The notes: a model not told the origin generated them from the sequence alone. A stretch of DNA of 64,000 bases from an uncultured Candidatus Saccharibacteria bacterium (GCA_964641225.1 CAZXKC010000001.1:131602-195601), one strand, 5' to 3'. Positions 10,644 to 22,368 are shown, numbered from the stretch's first letter. Translations and numbers: made by a program.

Positions 10644-10678
10644 AAAACAATAAACTATAGACTGTAAACTAGAAACAC
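10644..10678. repeat. Degenerate 7-bp tandem array filling the rpsL-rpsG spacer
   Basis: aaaacaa taaacta tagactg taaacta gaaacac. Confidence 0.7.
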
Positions 10679-11146
10679 ATGCGTAAGAAACGAAATTATA
10701 AGCGCGATCGCTATCCGGATTTGAAATACGGATCAGTGGCTATTGCTCGCTTGATTAACTCGGTAATGTTTGACGGTAAAAAAGCAGTTGCTGAAAAGGT
10801 TGTTTACGACGCCTTTGATATCGTTAAAGAACAGACCAAGCAGGATCCGATGACCGTATTTAACCTTGCAATGGAAAATGCTCAGCCTTTGGTTGAGACC
10901 TCTTCGAAGCGTGTCGGTGGTGCAAACTACCAGGTTCCGCGCGAAGTTCGCCCGGAGCGCAAGTTTTTACTTGCAACTCGCTGGATCATTGCTGCAGCTC
11001 GCGCAAAGAAAGGAAAGGATATGGCCAAGCGCTTGGCTGAAGAAATAATTCTTGCCAGCAAGAACGAAGGAAACGCGATCAAGAAGAAGCAGGATGTCCA
11101 CCGTATGGCAGAGGCAAACCGTGCATTCGCTCACTTTTCTTGGTAA
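10679..11146 (+). CDS. rpsG: 30S ribosomal protein S7
   Basis: RVGGANYQVP, HRMAEANRAFAH. Confidence 0.99.
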   Translation: MRKKRNYKRDRYPDLKYGSVAIARLINSVMFDGKKAVAEKVVYDAFDIVKEQTKQDPMTVFNLAMENAQPLVETSSKRVGGANYQVPREVRPERKFLLATRWIIAAARAKKGKDMAKRLAEEIILASKNEGNAIKKKQDVHRMAEANRAFAHFSW

Positions 11147-11208
11147 GATAATTACACTAAAAATCCGGCTTCGGTCAGGATTTTTAGTTACTACTAATCA
11201 AAAGAATT

Positions 11209-13332
11209 ATGGCTAGACAATATCCGTTAGAGCGTACCCGAAACTTTGGAATCGTTGCCCACATTGATGCGGGTAAAACAACCACGTCTGAACGTGTTCT
11301 TTACTACACCGGCGTATCTCACAAAATCGGTGAGGTTCACGAAGGTGATACCGTCATGGACTGGATGGAACAGGAGCGGGAGCGCGGTATTACGATTACC
11401 TCCGCTGCTACCACTGCGTTTTGGACCCCAACGTATGTATCAAAGGAAGAGAAGGCGAAAAACAAAGATGGTAACACCTACCGTTTCAACTTGATTGATA
11501 CACCAGGACACATCGACTTTACGGTTGAGGTGAAGCGATCTCTCCGCGTTCTCGACGGCGCTGTTGTCGTATTTGACGGTGTATCCGGAGTTGAACCGCA
11601 GTCTGAAACTAACTGGCGCTATGCAGACGAGTACAACGTGCCGCGTATTTGTTTCATCAACAAGCTTGACCGCATGGGTGCAAGTTTTGAAAAGAGCTTG
11701 AAGTCGATCGTTGATCGGCTAAACCCAAACGCAATTGCTGCTCAGCTTCCGATCGGCTCAGAGGGAGGTTTTAGCGGACTCATTGATTTGCTTACGCAAA
11801 AGGCCTATGCCTTTGAAGGCGAGAAAGGTGAAAATATCAAAGAGATTCCAATTCCGGCGGATATGGCCGACGAGGTTAAAAAGCGTCACCACGAGTTGGT
11901 AGAAAAAATTGTTGAAAACGACGACGTGCTGATGAGCAGCTATCTGGAAGGTAAAGTTCCGTCACTTGCGGATCTTAAGCGCGTACTTCGTAAAGCAGTG
12001 CTCGCAGTAAAAATCATCCCGGTGTACACAGGTTCAGCACTGAAAAATAAAGGTGTTCAGTTTGTGCTCGACGCTGTTGTTGACTACTTGCCAAGCCCGC
12101 TCGACCTGCCGCCGGTTAAGGGTATTGATGCAAACACCAATGCAGAGATTGCCCGTACTCCGTCTGACGCCGAGCCATTTACGGCGCTCGCGTTTAAGAT
12201 CATGTCTGATCCGTTCGTCGGATCGCTGACCTTCTTCCGTGTATACGCCGGAACGCTTAAGCGCGGTAGCTATGTTTATAACTCCACGAAAGGTGAGATG
12301 GAACGCGTCGGTCGTATTTTGCGAATGCACGCTAACGAGCGTGAAGAAATTGAAGAGATCCACGCTGGTGATATCGGTGCACTCGTCGGTATGAAAGATA
12401 CGACAACTGGTGACACGCTGTGTGAAGAGGCTAAGCCGATTATTCTGGAAAAGATTTCCTTCCCAGAGCCGGTTATCTCAATCCGCGTTGAACCGAAGAC
12501 AAAGGCTGATCAGGAAAAGATGGGTATGGCTTTGCGCCGTTTGGCCGACGAAGATCCGACTTTCCGTGTTTCTGGTAATGCCGAAACAGGCGAGACGATT
12601 ATCGCCGGTATGGGTGAGTTGCACCTCGAAGTTCTCGTTGAGCGCATGCGCCGTGAGTTTAGCGTTGAGACCAACACGGGTCGTCCGCAGGTTTCATATA
12701 AAGAAACGATTACTAAGAAGGCCGAAGCAGAAGGTAAGTACATCAAGCAGTCTGGAGGTCGTGGTCAGTACGGTCACGTCAAGCTACGTATCGAACCTTT
12801 GGAGCGCGGTAAGGGCTTTGAGTTCGTCAACGAAATTAAGGGAGGTTCAATTCCAAAAGAATTTATCGCCCCGGTTGAAAAAGGTATTGAAGAGGCACTC
12901 ACACGTGGTATTCAAGCTGGTTACAGAGTTATCGATGTACGTGTTGAGCTCTACGATGGTAGTTACCACGAAGTTGACTCATCTGAAGCTGCATTTAAAA
13001 TCGCCGCATCAATGGGTTTTCAGGAGGCTTGTAAGATGGCCGCTCCGATTATCCTTGAGCCGATCATGAAGGTGCAGGTAATCGTGCCGACGGAATACAT
13101 GGGTGACATCACCGGCGATATTAGTTCGAAGCGTGGACGTATCGAAGGCATGGGTGATCGTCCGATGGTTAAGGTTATCGACGCCTTCGTACCGCTCTCA
13201 GAAATGTTCGGTTACGCAACCAAACTTCGTTCGATGACACAGGGCCGCGGAAACTTCACCATGGAATTCCACGCTTACGAGCCGGCGCCTGGTAACGTGA
13301 CGAAGGAGATTATTGAAGGAAAGAGACAGTAA
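11209..13332 (+). CDS. fusA: Elongation factor G
   Basis: [37 protein letters not shown]. Confidence 0.99.
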   Translation: MARQYPLERTRNFGIVAHIDAGKTTTSERVLYYTGVSHKIGEVHEGDTVMDWMEQERERGITITSAATTAFWTPTYVSKEEKAKNKDGNTYRFNLIDTPGHIDFTVEVKRSLRVLDGAVVVFDGVSGVEPQSETNWRYADEYNVPRICFINKLDRMGASFEKSLKSIVDRLNPNAIAAQLPIGSEGGFSGLIDLLTQKAYAFEGEKGENIKEIPIPADMADEVKKRHHELVEKIVENDDVLMSSYLEGKVPSLADLKRVLRKAVLAVKIIPVYTGSALKNKGVQFVLDAVVDYLPSPLDLPPVKGIDANTNAEIARTPSDAEPFTALAFKIMSDPFVGSLTFFRVYAGTLKRGSYVYNSTKGEMERVGRILRMHANEREEIEEIHAGDIGALVGMKDTTTGDTLCEEAKPIILEKISFPEPVISIRVEPKTKADQEKMGMALRRLADEDPTFRVSGNAETGETIIAGMGELHLEVLVERMRREFSVETNTGRPQVSYKETITKKAEAEGKYIKQSGGRGQYGHVKLRIEPLERGKGFEFVNEIKGGSIPKEFIAPVEKGIEEALTRGIQAGYRVIDVRVELYDGSYHEVDSSEAAFKIAASMGFQEACKMAAPIILEPIMKVQVIVPTEYMGDITGDISSKRGRIEGMGDRPMVKVIDAFVPLSEMFGYATKLRSMTQGRGNFTMEFHAYEPAPGNVTKEIIEGKRQ

Positions 13333-13374
13333 GGAGTTGATAGGTTATAGGGGATAGTGAATAGTGATTGAATG

Positions 13375-13412
13375 ACCGGGCGCCGCTACTGCGGCGCCCG
13401 GTTGCGTTTTTG
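13375..13412 (+). terminator. Intrinsic terminator after fusA
   Basis: accgggcgccgc-tact-gcggcgcccggt followed by T-run. Confidence 0.75.
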
Positions 13413-13500
13413 TTTTCCGCATTGACGGATGCATTAAAAAGATCTATATAGGTAAAGCTTCTTGGGTACTATCACAGGCAACACAACGAGTGAGGTCGCC

Positions 13501-14022
13501 ATGTCGACAAGGGAAATTTCGAACCGTTTCAGCCCGACTGTCGCGGAGGCGGCTTCGCAGTTCATCCAGGCCTTGATGCGGTGGTATGGCAGCACGTCGC
13601 ATGATGCGGCGCTCTGGCTCTGCTGGGGCGGGCCCCACGGTGGCAATTCCGTCACCGGAACAGCAGTCGGTGGGTGGTACGAGCCACGCGCGGTTGAGGG
13701 CTACTTGATCGAGACGGCCATCGAAGTTCACGGCCGCGGCGGTGAGTTTTCGGAAGCTGGGTCTGCGCAGCTCAGCGAGCTGAGCTGCCACGGATTCCAC
13801 CAGTGCCAGGAGGTAGACGATGCGCTCTTCGCTTTTCATGTAGCTCTTGTCCGCAGCGGGAGGCCTTTTCTCCTGGCCTTCTGTCCGCACGAACCCGTTG
13901 ATGGCCCCGTCTTGGTTTTCAACGAAGAGCTGGGCATTCTCCATGCCCCAACGGCCGAAGCAGTCCTGGCGATGGGTAGGGCCGTGATGAACTTCAGGCC
14001 TGCTGGCCGTGGGCATCATTGA
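13501..14022 (+). CDS. GC-rich orphan protein inserted between fusA and tuf
   Basis: GAGGT 4 nt before ATG 13501; downstream hairpin; no recognisable family. Confidence 0.65.
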   Translation: MSTREISNRFSPTVAEAASQFIQALMRWYGSTSHDAALWLCWGGPHGGNSVTGTAVGGWYEPRAVEGYLIETAIEVHGRGGEFSEAGSAQLSELSCHGFHQCQEVDDALFAFHVALVRSGRPFLLAFCPHEPVDGPVLVFNEELGILHAPTAEAVLAMGRAVMNFRPAGRGHH

Positions 14023-14098
14023 ATCAATTCGCATCCGGCCGCCGAGCCGACCTGAGGGTCGCTCCGGCGGCCCTCTCGTTTATATAGAAGGTAGGTGC

Positions 14099-14226
14099 TT
14101 GACCCCCACACCAACAGAGCAGCAAAGTATCTTGCGTGGAAAGATAATTTTTTAAAAAATCGCGATTTTTTTCGTAATATTTAGTTCTAGTAGATATTCA
14201 AACTGCTCTGTTGGTGTGGGGGTTGA
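14099..14226. mobile_element. MITE-like element: 20-bp perfect TIRs, 4-bp TTGA direct repeats
   Basis: TTGA-cccccacaccaacagagcag...ctgctctgttggtgtggggg-TTGA, AT-rich non-coding interior. Confidence 0.75.
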
Positions 14227-14250
14227 CAATTTTTCGCCCGTCCGTATAAT
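14223..14250 (+). promoter_or_regulatory. sigma70 promoter of tuf-rpsJ
   Basis: TTGACA-16-TATAAT. Confidence 0.75.
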
Positions 14251-14322
14251 TACGGGACATTTAGAACCCGCTCGGCGGGTTTGCATTTATTATAAAAAAC
14301 TAAATAATTTACGTAAAAGTTT

Positions 14323-15525
<1,203 letters not shown>

Positions 15526-15555
15526 TCTCGGCCGACACGCCTAGATCCTTATCAT

Positions 15556-15909
15556 ATGACTGCTGCCGCTACAAAAAAGACCGTGAAAGCTCCGGAGGTG
15601 ACGAAAGAGAAGCTTCGTCTGCGCATCAAAGCGTACGACACCAAGCTTATCGATTCGTCCTGCCGTCAGATCATTGAAGCCGCCAAAAAGCATGAGGCTG
15701 CAGTGGTTGGCCCGATTCCGCTTCCGACTGAATTTAAGAAATTCACGGTGAACCGAGCAACATTTATTGATAAGAACTCCCGCGAACAGTTTGAGCTCCG
15801 TATTCACAAGCGCCTCATTGATATCTTGCACCCGACGCAGCAGATCATTTCTTCTTTGTCATCACTCAACCTTCCGGCTGGTGTCGACATTGAAATAAAG
15901 ATGGTTTAG
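15556..15909 (+). CDS. rpsJ: 30S ribosomal protein S10
   Basis: GPIPLPT, SREQFELRIHKRLIDI. Confidence 0.98.
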   Translation: MTAAATKKTVKAPEVTKEKLRLRIKAYDTKLIDSSCRQIIEAAKKHEAAVVGPIPLPTEFKKFTVNRATFIDKNSREQFELRIHKRLIDILHPTQQIISSLSSLNLPAGVDIEIKMV

Positions 15910-15915
15910 TTACTA

Positions 15916-15948
15916 GCAAAAGCCGCCGAAAGGCGGCTTTTGCGTTTT
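15916..15948 (+). terminator. Intrinsic terminator after rpsJ
   Basis: gcaaaagccgcc-gaaa-ggcggcttttgc. Confidence 0.8.
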
Positions 15949-15973
15949 GGTAATTTTTCGTCATACTAGAGTT

Positions 15974-16861
15974 ATGGAAATTCCGGTTAAGAAATTAAAA
16001 AACGGTTTTGCGATGCCGGTGTTTGGTTTGGGCACCTGGCAGATGGGCGGGCGGACTGAACATGACTTGGCCAACAATGACGAGCGAGATATTGTGGCGA
16101 TTCGAGCTGCTATTGATGCCGGAATTACGCATATTGATACTGCAGAAGTCTACGCTGATGGTTATACGGAAACATTAATTAGCCGCGCGCTCGCAGGGTA
16201 TGACCGTTCAAAGTTATTGCTAGTTTCAAAAGTATCTTCAGCGCATTTAAGTTACGACGATATTTTGCGTTCGTGTGAGCAAAGTTTGAAACGGTTAAAG
16301 ACTGATTATTTGGATCTGTATTTGATGCATCGTTATAGTGCCAAGTTTCCGCTAAAAGATTCAATTCGTGCTTTTGATTATTTAGTCGCGCAGGGGATGG
16401 TTCGAAATATTGGAGTTTCTAATTTCGGCAAAGAGCATCTGGCCGAGGCTCAGTCATATACTGCGAACAAAATAGTATGCGATCAGGTGCATTATAATTT
16501 GACCTTCCGTGAGCCCGAGCATAAAGGTTTGTTGGAATATTGTCAGGAAAATGATGTATTTTTGACTGCATGGCGACCTTTGAGCAAGGGGCAGCTTTTG
16601 GAGAGTATTCCGCCTATTGTTCAGAAAATGTGCGACAAATATCAGAAGACTCCTGCTCAGATAGCTATCAATTGGCTTGTCTCGCAGCCTCATGTTTTAA
16701 CGCTTTCAAAGATGAGCAGTCCCGATCATTTGAAAGAAAATATTGGTGCAGTTGGATGGACTATGGATGCTGCTGACATTGAGCTTTTGCGTAAGGAGTT
16801 TCCGGGTCAGCAGGCTGTTTCTGACGTGATTCCTTTGGATCAGCAGGGGCCTGCGAAGTAG
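15974..16861 (+). CDS. Aldo/keto reductase
   Basis: GLGTWQ, IDTAEVY, LKTDYLDLYLMH, IGVSNF, TPAQIAINW. Confidence 0.95.
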   Translation: MEIPVKKLKNGFAMPVFGLGTWQMGGRTEHDLANNDERDIVAIRAAIDAGITHIDTAEVYADGYTETLISRALAGYDRSKLLLVSKVSSAHLSYDDILRSCEQSLKRLKTDYLDLYLMHRYSAKFPLKDSIRAFDYLVAQGMVRNIGVSNFGKEHLAEAQSYTANKIVCDQVHYNLTFREPEHKGLLEYCQENDVFLTAWRPLSKGQLLESIPPIVQKMCDKYQKTPAQIAINWLVSQPHVLTLSKMSSPDHLKENIGAVGWTMDAADIELLRKEFPGQQAVSDVIPLDQQGPAK

Positions 16862-16864
16862 GAC

Positions 16865-17012
16865 TTGACCAAAAAATAGACTTCGGCTATACTGTCCCAA
16901 CGGTTAGGTATAGGTCTCGCGGACGCACAGTCCGCCAGCGACCTGCAAAAACTAGTATTTCTGCACCATTAGAGGAGCGGAGCTAGTCTCGGCTTTTTTT
17001 GTTTAAAAAATC
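16865..17012 (+). promoter_or_regulatory. rplC promoter and structured leader
   Basis: TTGACC-17-TATACT; hairpins in the leader. Confidence 0.6.
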
Positions 17013-17447
17013 ATGACACGCCTCGTAGGTACAAAAATGAAGATGACGCAGATGTTTAAGGACGGACGCCAGTGTGGTGTCACGCCTGTTAAGCTTTCTG
17101 AGAAGGCAGACATGAGTCTTGTTAAAGTCGGAAGCCTGGTAATGGTTTCTGGTATTAGCAAGGGACACGGTTTTGCTGGTGGAGTTAAGCGTTGGCACTT
17201 TAAGGGTGGTCCGGCTACGCACGGTCAAAAGAACCGTCACCGCGCACCGGGTTCAATTGGTAACACAACGCCGCAGCGCGTTTTGCCTGGTCGGCACATG
17301 GCAGGTCACATGGGAATGGACAGAATCACAAGCAAAAACATCCCGGTTGTGGCTATCGACGAGGAAAAGCGTGTTGTGATGTTGAACGGATCAGTTCCGG
17401 GTATTGTTGGCATTAAGATGGAAATCAGAATCGCTAACGCGAAGTAA
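17013..17447 (+). CDS. rplC: 50S ribosomal protein L3 (internally shortened, 144 aa)
   Basis: SKGHGFAGGVKRWHF, HRAPGSIG, MAGHMG, GSVPG. Confidence 0.95.
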   Translation: MTRLVGTKMKMTQMFKDGRQCGVTPVKLSEKADMSLVKVGSLVMVSGISKGHGFAGGVKRWHFKGGPATHGQKNRHRAPGSIGNTTPQRVLPGRHMAGHMGMDRITSKNIPVVAIDEEKRVVMLNGSVPGIVGIKMEIRIANAK

Positions 17448-17455
17448 TTTTTGAT

Positions 17456-18073
17456 ATGAAAGCACTCGTATACAACATGGCTGGTAAAGAAGTTGGAAAC
17501 ATCGAAGTTTCTGACGCTATTTTCGCACGCGAGTGGAACGCTGATTTAGTTCACCAGGCAGTTTTGGCTCAGCAGGCAAATCTTCGCCGCCCATGGGCTC
17601 ACGCAAAAGGACGCGGTGAGGTTCGCGGTGGTGGTAAAAAGCCATGGAAGCAAAAGGGTACTGGCCGCGCTCGTCACGGTTCAATTCGTTCTCCGATTTG
17701 GAAAGGCGGTGGTGCAAGTCACGGCCCGGTAAAGACTCGCGATTTTAGCCAGAAGATCAACAAGAAGATGGCCCGTATCGCTTTGTACTCAGCTCTTTCT
17801 ATGAAACTTGCGCAGGGTCAGCTTATGTTTGTCGACGCTATGAACGCAAGCAAGACTAAAGAGGTTGCTGCGAACTTGAAGGGTCTTTTGAAAGCGAAGC
17901 GCACAGTGCCTTCAACTCTTTTGATTCGTGATTCAAAGAACGCCACAATCAGCCGCGCTGCTCGTAACGTTGCCAACGTTCAGATTTTGACCGGTGAGTC
18001 AGTGAACATCTATGAGCTCATGAAAGCAAAGCACGTGCTTGTCGAGCAGGGCGCAGTAACTTCAATCAAGTGA
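17456..18073 (+). CDS. rplD: 50S ribosomal protein L4
   Basis: RGGGKKPWKQKGTGRARHGSIRSP. Confidence 0.98.
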   Translation: MKALVYNMAGKEVGNIEVSDAIFAREWNADLVHQAVLAQQANLRRPWAHAKGRGEVRGGGKKPWKQKGTGRARHGSIRSPIWKGGGASHGPVKTRDFSQKINKKMARIALYSALSMKLAQGQLMFVDAMNASKTKEVAANLKGLLKAKRTVPSTLLIRDSKNATISRAARNVANVQILTGESVNIYELMKAKHVLVEQGAVTSIK

Positions 18074-18083
18074 TAATAAGACG

Positions 18084-18127
18084 GCCGACCCCGGTACTAG
18101 AACCTACTGGTTCAGTACGGGGCAGGC
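18084..18127. repeat. REP-like imperfect palindrome between rplD and rplW
   Basis: gccgaccccggtactagaacc-tact-ggttcagtacggggcaggc. Confidence 0.6.
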
Positions 18128-18147
18128 AAGACTAACAAACAACGCGT

Positions 18148-18429
18148 ATGGCTGATAAAACACTGATCAAACATCCCCATATAACTGAGAAGGCCTCACG
18201 GCTTGCTGAAATGAATCAGTATGTGTTTATCGTTGCTTCAGGTGCCACCGCTCCGGAGGTTAAGAAGGCTATTGTTGCTACCTACAAAGTGAAGGTGGAC
18301 GGCGTCCGCATGATTAATGCTAAGAGCAAGGAGAAGCGCATGGGCCGTTCGATTGGTATCAAGCCGGGTTTCCGCAAAGCGATTGTTACTTTGAAAAAGG
18401 GCGAGAAATTAGACATTCTCACTGCTTAA
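18148..18429 (+). CDS. rplW: 50S ribosomal protein L23
   Basis: PHITEKA, RKAIVTLKKG; operon order. Confidence 0.97.
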   Translation: MADKTLIKHPHITEKASRLAEMNQYVFIVASGATAPEVKKAIVATYKVKVDGVRMINAKSKEKRMGRSIGIKPGFRKAIVTLKKGEKLDILTA

Positions 18430-18433
18430 TTCT

Positions 18434-19270
18434 ATGAAGCTCTATAAACCAACAAGCGCCGGTATTCGTCAGCGCGCAATCGTAGAATACAAGAAACTGC
18501 TTTCAGGTGAGTCAGGACCGAAAAAGTCATTGACCATGAAGTTGCAGGATCGCGCCGGTCGCAACAACCGCGGTGTGATTACCACGCGTCACCAGGGAGG
18601 TGGTGTGAAGAAGGTCTACCGTATGGTTGATTTTATGATGAGCAAAATCAATGTGCCGGGCCGCATCACCACGATTGAGTACGACCCGTACCGCAGCGCA
18701 TTTATTTCTTTAGTTATTTATAAAGATGGTGATCAGCGCTATGTGCTTACTCCGCAGAACGTTAAGGTTGGTGATGAAATCGTAACCGCTCCAAACGCTC
18801 CGGTAAAAGTTGGTAACCGCTTGCAGCTTAAGAACATTCCGATTGGATACCAGGTCTTTGCTGTTGAAATGCGCCCAGGTGGTGGTGCTAAAATGGCTCG
18901 CTCAGCTGGTGGGTATGTTGAAGTGCTTGGTACTGATGCCGGTCTTACTGACTTGCGTATGGCTTCAAAAGAAGTTCGCCGCGTTCCTTCAGAGTGCTAC
19001 GCAACAATCGGTGCCGCTTCAAACCCAGACTACTCGCTCATCAATCTTTCAAAGGCCGGTCGCAGCCGTTGGCTTGGTATTCGTCCGACTGTCCGTGGTA
19101 GCGCTATGAACCCGGTTGATCACCCATACGGTGGCGGTGAAGGTGCACAGCCTCGCGGTACTAAACGCCCGAAGACAATGTGGGGTAAGGTTGTCGGTGG
19201 TCGCAAGACGCGTCATCCGAAGAAGTGGTCGAGCACTCGTATTTTGCAGCGCCGACCGAAGGTCAGATAA
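18434..19270 (+). CDS. rplB: 50S ribosomal protein L2
   Basis: IEYDPYRSA, RPTVRGSAMNPVDHPYGGGEG. Confidence 0.99.
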   Translation: MKLYKPTSAGIRQRAIVEYKKLLSGESGPKKSLTMKLQDRAGRNNRGVITTRHQGGGVKKVYRMVDFMMSKINVPGRITTIEYDPYRSAFISLVIYKDGDQRYVLTPQNVKVGDEIVTAPNAPVKVGNRLQLKNIPIGYQVFAVEMRPGGGAKMARSAGGYVEVLGTDAGLTDLRMASKEVRRVPSECYATIGAASNPDYSLINLSKAGRSRWLGIRPTVRGSAMNPVDHPYGGGEGAQPRGTKRPKTMWGKVVGGRKTRHPKKWSSTRILQRRPKVR

Positions 19271-19359
19271 CAGTGGATAGGTGATAGGTTATAGTGGATA
19301 GCGAAAGACAACAGCGAGAAATTCCACTATCAACTAGCAACCATAAACTATAAACCCAA
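19269..19359. repeat. Pair of inverted 7-bp tandem arrays (rplB-rpsS spacer)
   Basis: gataggt gataggt tatagtg gatagcg ... cactatc aactagc aaccata aactata. Confidence 0.7.
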
Positions 19360-19363
19360 ATTC

Positions 19364-19711
19364 ATGTCACGCTCAGCTAAAAAAGGCCCATACGTTGATC
19401 CGAAACTCCTCAAGAAGGTGAGTGTCCTTAAAGTTGGCGACCGCAAGGTCATCAAAACGTGGGCGCGCCAGTCAACGATTGCTCCTGAATTTGTAGGATT
19501 TACCTTTGGCGTGCACAACGGCCGCAAACACATAGAGGTGCTCGTGAAAGAAGAAATGGTGGGTCACCGTCTTGGTGAATTTTCTCCAACTCGTATGTTC
19601 GTTAAGCACGGTGGTAAGTTAACTAAACAGCTTGAAGCAGCCGCATCAGCAACTGAAGCAGCTAAGAAGGCAGCCAGCCAGGCCGCTCCGGCAGCCGGCG
19701 GTAAGAAATAA
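19364..19711 (+). CDS. rpsS: 30S ribosomal protein S19 (Ala-rich C-terminal extension)
   Basis: [24 protein letters not shown]. Confidence 0.98.
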   Translation: MSRSAKKGPYVDPKLLKKVSVLKVGDRKVIKTWARQSTIAPEFVGFTFGVHNGRKHIEVLVKEEMVGHRLGEFSPTRMFVKHGGKLTKQLEAAASATEAAKKAASQAAPAAGGKK

Positions 19712-20286
19712 TGAATATGGCACACGTTGAAAAAGTACAACTAAATTTCTTGCAGATTGCTCCGCGTAAAGTTCGGCTGATTGGCAACACCTTAAAGGGT
19801 ATGCCGGTTGCTGAAGCGCAGGCTCAGCTTATGCTTCGCCCACAGCGTGTTGCTGACGCACTTTTGCGTCTGCTTAACAGCGCTGTTGCAAATGCGAAAC
19901 ACAACAAGCAAATTGATGCTGCAAAACTTCGCGTTGTTCGCGTGATGGTTGACCCGGCCCCTGTGCTTAAGCGCTCACTTCCGCGCGCTCAGGGTCGCGC
20001 CACCTCGATTTTTAAACGCATGAGTCACGTTACTATTGTTATTGAAGAGTTTGAAAACAAGAAGGCGATTCGTTTTGTGACGGAAACTGCTAAGAAAGAA
20101 AAGAAAGAGGAGAAGCCAAAGCGCACGCCAACTCGTAACGCAACTAAGGAAGAGAAGAAGAAAGACCTCGAGCACACCAAGCCGGAGAAGAAAATTCTCA
20201 GCGAGAAAGAGCTTCCTGCTGCTACTGATCACAAGCCGACCAACCGCGGTGCTGTTAAACGCTTTTTTAACCGTAAAGCCATCTAA
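19711..20286 (+). CDS. rplV: 50S ribosomal protein L22 (long K/E-rich C-terminal extension)
   Basis: APRKVRL, SAVANAKHN, PRAQGRA..KRMSHVTI. Confidence 0.97.
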   Translation: MNMAHVEKVQLNFLQIAPRKVRLIGNTLKGMPVAEAQAQLMLRPQRVADALLRLLNSAVANAKHNKQIDAAKLRVVRVMVDPAPVLKRSLPRAQGRATSIFKRMSHVTIVIEEFENKKAIRFVTETAKKEKKEEKPKRTPTRNATKEEKKKDLEHTKPEKKILSEKELPAATDHKPTNRGAVKRFFNRKAI

Positions 20287-20327
20287 AGGTTGAATCTTCT
20301 ATTAATTTACTATAAAATCCACACACT

Positions 20328-21029
20328 ATGGGACAGAAGATTCGACCAGATTCATTCCGCCTTGGCATCACGCGCGATTGGAACGCTCGTTGGTACGCAG
20401 GTAAAACATTTGCTGCTAAATTGCAGGAGGATGTTTTGATTCGCCGCGTGATCAATGAAAAGATCAAGCTCGCCGGTATTGTGAACGTTACAATTGAGCG
20501 CAACGCTAACAATGGTTACCGAGTGACCATCAAAGCTGCTCGCCCTGGTTTTATTATTGGTCGCGGTGGCACTGGTATCGAAGACCTCAGTAAAGCTTTG
20601 AACGCTGCGCTGGCTGCTCTTGCTCGCAAGCGAGGAGTCGTTAATCCGAAAATTCAGCTTTCAGTTACGATCGAAGAACTTAAGCGTAGCGAAATCGCTG
20701 CAGCATATGTTGCCCAGTCACTTGCGTGGGAGCTTGAAAAGCGTATGCCGTTCCGCCGCGTGATGAAAAAGGCAATTGAGTCGGCTCTGATGAACCGTGA
20801 TGTTAAGGGTATAAAAATCAAGATGAGCGGCCGTCTCGATGGTAACGAAATTGCCCGTAACGAATTCTTGGCTAAAGGAACTTTGCCGTTGACCACGCTG
20901 CGCGCTGATATTGATTACGGTACTGCGACCGCAAACTGTACGTATGGTGCTATCGGTATCAAAGTATGGATCTATAAAGGTTTGATTTTTAACAAGGTTG
21001 CCAAGAAACCTGAAGCTAAAAACGGTTAA
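20328..21029 (+). CDS. rpsC: 30S ribosomal protein S3
   Basis: MGQKIRP..FRLGI, SGRLDGNEIAR, GIKVWIYKG. Confidence 0.99.
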   Translation: MGQKIRPDSFRLGITRDWNARWYAGKTFAAKLQEDVLIRRVINEKIKLAGIVNVTIERNANNGYRVTIKAARPGFIIGRGGTGIEDLSKALNAALAALARKRGVVNPKIQLSVTIEELKRSEIAAAYVAQSLAWELEKRMPFRRVMKKAIESALMNRDVKGIKIKMSGRLDGNEIARNEFLAKGTLPLTTLRADIDYGTATANCTYGAIGIKVWIYKGLIFNKVAKKPEAKNG

Positions 21030-21037
21030 ACACACGT

Positions 21038-21460
21038 ATGCTTATTCCTAAGAAAGTAAAACACCGTAAGTGGATGAAGGGCCGCCGCAAGAACCGCAAG
21101 ATTGAAATGCGCGGTGCTAGCTTGGCATACGGTACATATGGTCTTAAAGCCACCTCTTCAGCTTGGGTTAACTCTCGTCAGATTGAGGCTGCTCGTCGAA
21201 CGATTTCTAACTCCACTAAGCGCGCCGGTAAAATTTTTATCCGTATCTTCCCAGATAAGCCAATCACTGAGCGTCCACCAGAGGTAACCATGGGTGGTGG
21301 TAAGGGTTCTGTTGATCACTACGTGTTTCCGGTTCGCCCAGGACGCATCATGTTTGAAATGGATGGAGTTACTGAAGTGCAGGCTCGCGCAGCTCTTCGT
21401 TTGGCTGGCTTCAAGCTCCCGCTGCGCAGCCGTTTCGTGAAGAAAGAAGACCACAACTAA
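21038..21460 (+). CDS. rplP: 50S ribosomal protein L16
   Basis: RQIEAARR, IRIFPDKP, MGGGKG. Confidence 0.99.
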   Translation: MLIPKKVKHRKWMKGRRKNRKIEMRGASLAYGTYGLKATSSAWVNSRQIEAARRTISNSTKRAGKIFIRIFPDKPITERPPEVTMGGGKGSVDHYVFPVRPGRIMFEMDGVTEVQARAALRLAGFKLPLRSRFVKKEDHN

Positions 21461-21461
21461 T

Positions 21462-21674
21462 ATGAAAAAGAACGATATTTCAAAATTGCATAACCGTTCG
21501 GTTGCTGAGCTTCAGAAAGAGGCGATTGAAACCAAAGAAAAGCTATGGGCACTGCGCCGCGAGATCGCGGGCGGTAAAGTTAAGAACGTAAAGGCTCGAA
21601 ATGCTATGCGCCGTGACGTTGCTCGTATGCTGACGGTAGCAAGCATGAAGGGCTTGAATAATAAAGCAAAGTAG
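21462..21674 (+). CDS. rpmC: 50S ribosomal protein L29
   Basis: RRDVARMLT; position. Confidence 0.93.
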   Translation: MKKNDISKLHNRSVAELQKEAIETKEKLWALRREIAGGKVKNVKARNAMRRDVARMLTVASMKGLNNKAK

Positions 21675-21694
21675 TATATATTAGATCCTTACGT

Positions 21695-21952
21695 ATGAAG
21701 CGCCAACTTAACGGGACCGTCGTGTCCGACAAAATGATGAAGACTGCGGTAGTCGCAGTTTCATACCAGAAGAAGCACCCGAAGTATTTGAAGTACTACA
21801 CGGTTACTTCCCGTTTTAAGGCCCACAACGAAAACAACGAATACAAGACGGGTGATCAGGTAGTTATCGAAGAAACTCGCCCACTTTCCAAGGATAAACG
21901 ATTTAAGATTGTCGCCATGATTAAAAAGGCGGCGATGTCAGGAGCCCTCTAA
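21695..21952 (+). CDS. rpsQ: 30S ribosomal protein S17
   Basis: [22 protein letters not shown]. Confidence 0.98.
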   Translation: MKRQLNGTVVSDKMMKTAVVAVSYQKKHPKYLKYYTVTSRFKAHNENNEYKTGDQVVIEETRPLSKDKRFKIVAMIKKAAMSGAL

Positions 21953-21993
21953 ATTACCTGATCATTCGTAAACAAGATTAAGAATAAAAAGAT

Positions 21994-22362
21994 ATGTTGC
22001 AGATTCGATCAGTAGTAAAAGTAGCAGACAACACAGGCGCAAAGCTTATCCGTGTCTTTACGGTATACGGTGGTAGCAAAAAGCGCTATGCCCGTTTGGG
22101 TGAAATGGTTAATGCCTCAGTGCAGGTTGCTGAGCCGCGTAAGGCTATCAAGAAGAAAGACATTGTTAAATGCGTTGTTGTCCGCACTGCAGCTCCAATC
22201 CGCCGTGCTGATGGAACCGTTATTCGTTTTGATGAAAATGCCGTCGTGATCGTTGATGATAAAAAGGCCCCAAAGGGAACCCGCGTGTTTGGTCCGATCC
22301 CGCGTGAAATTAAGGAGATGGGTTATGAGGCTATCGTAACTATGGCCGAAGAGGTTGTCTAA
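21994..22362 (+). CDS. rplN: 50S ribosomal protein L14
   Basis: VADNTGAK, IRFDENA, GTRVFGP. Confidence 0.99.
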   Translation: MLQIRSVVKVADNTGAKLIRVFTVYGGSKKRYARLGEMVNASVQVAEPRKAIKKKDIVKCVVVRTAAPIRRADGTVIRFDENAVVIVDDKKAPKGTRVFGPIPREIKEMGYEAIVTMAEEVV

Positions 22363-22368
22363 ACTTGT

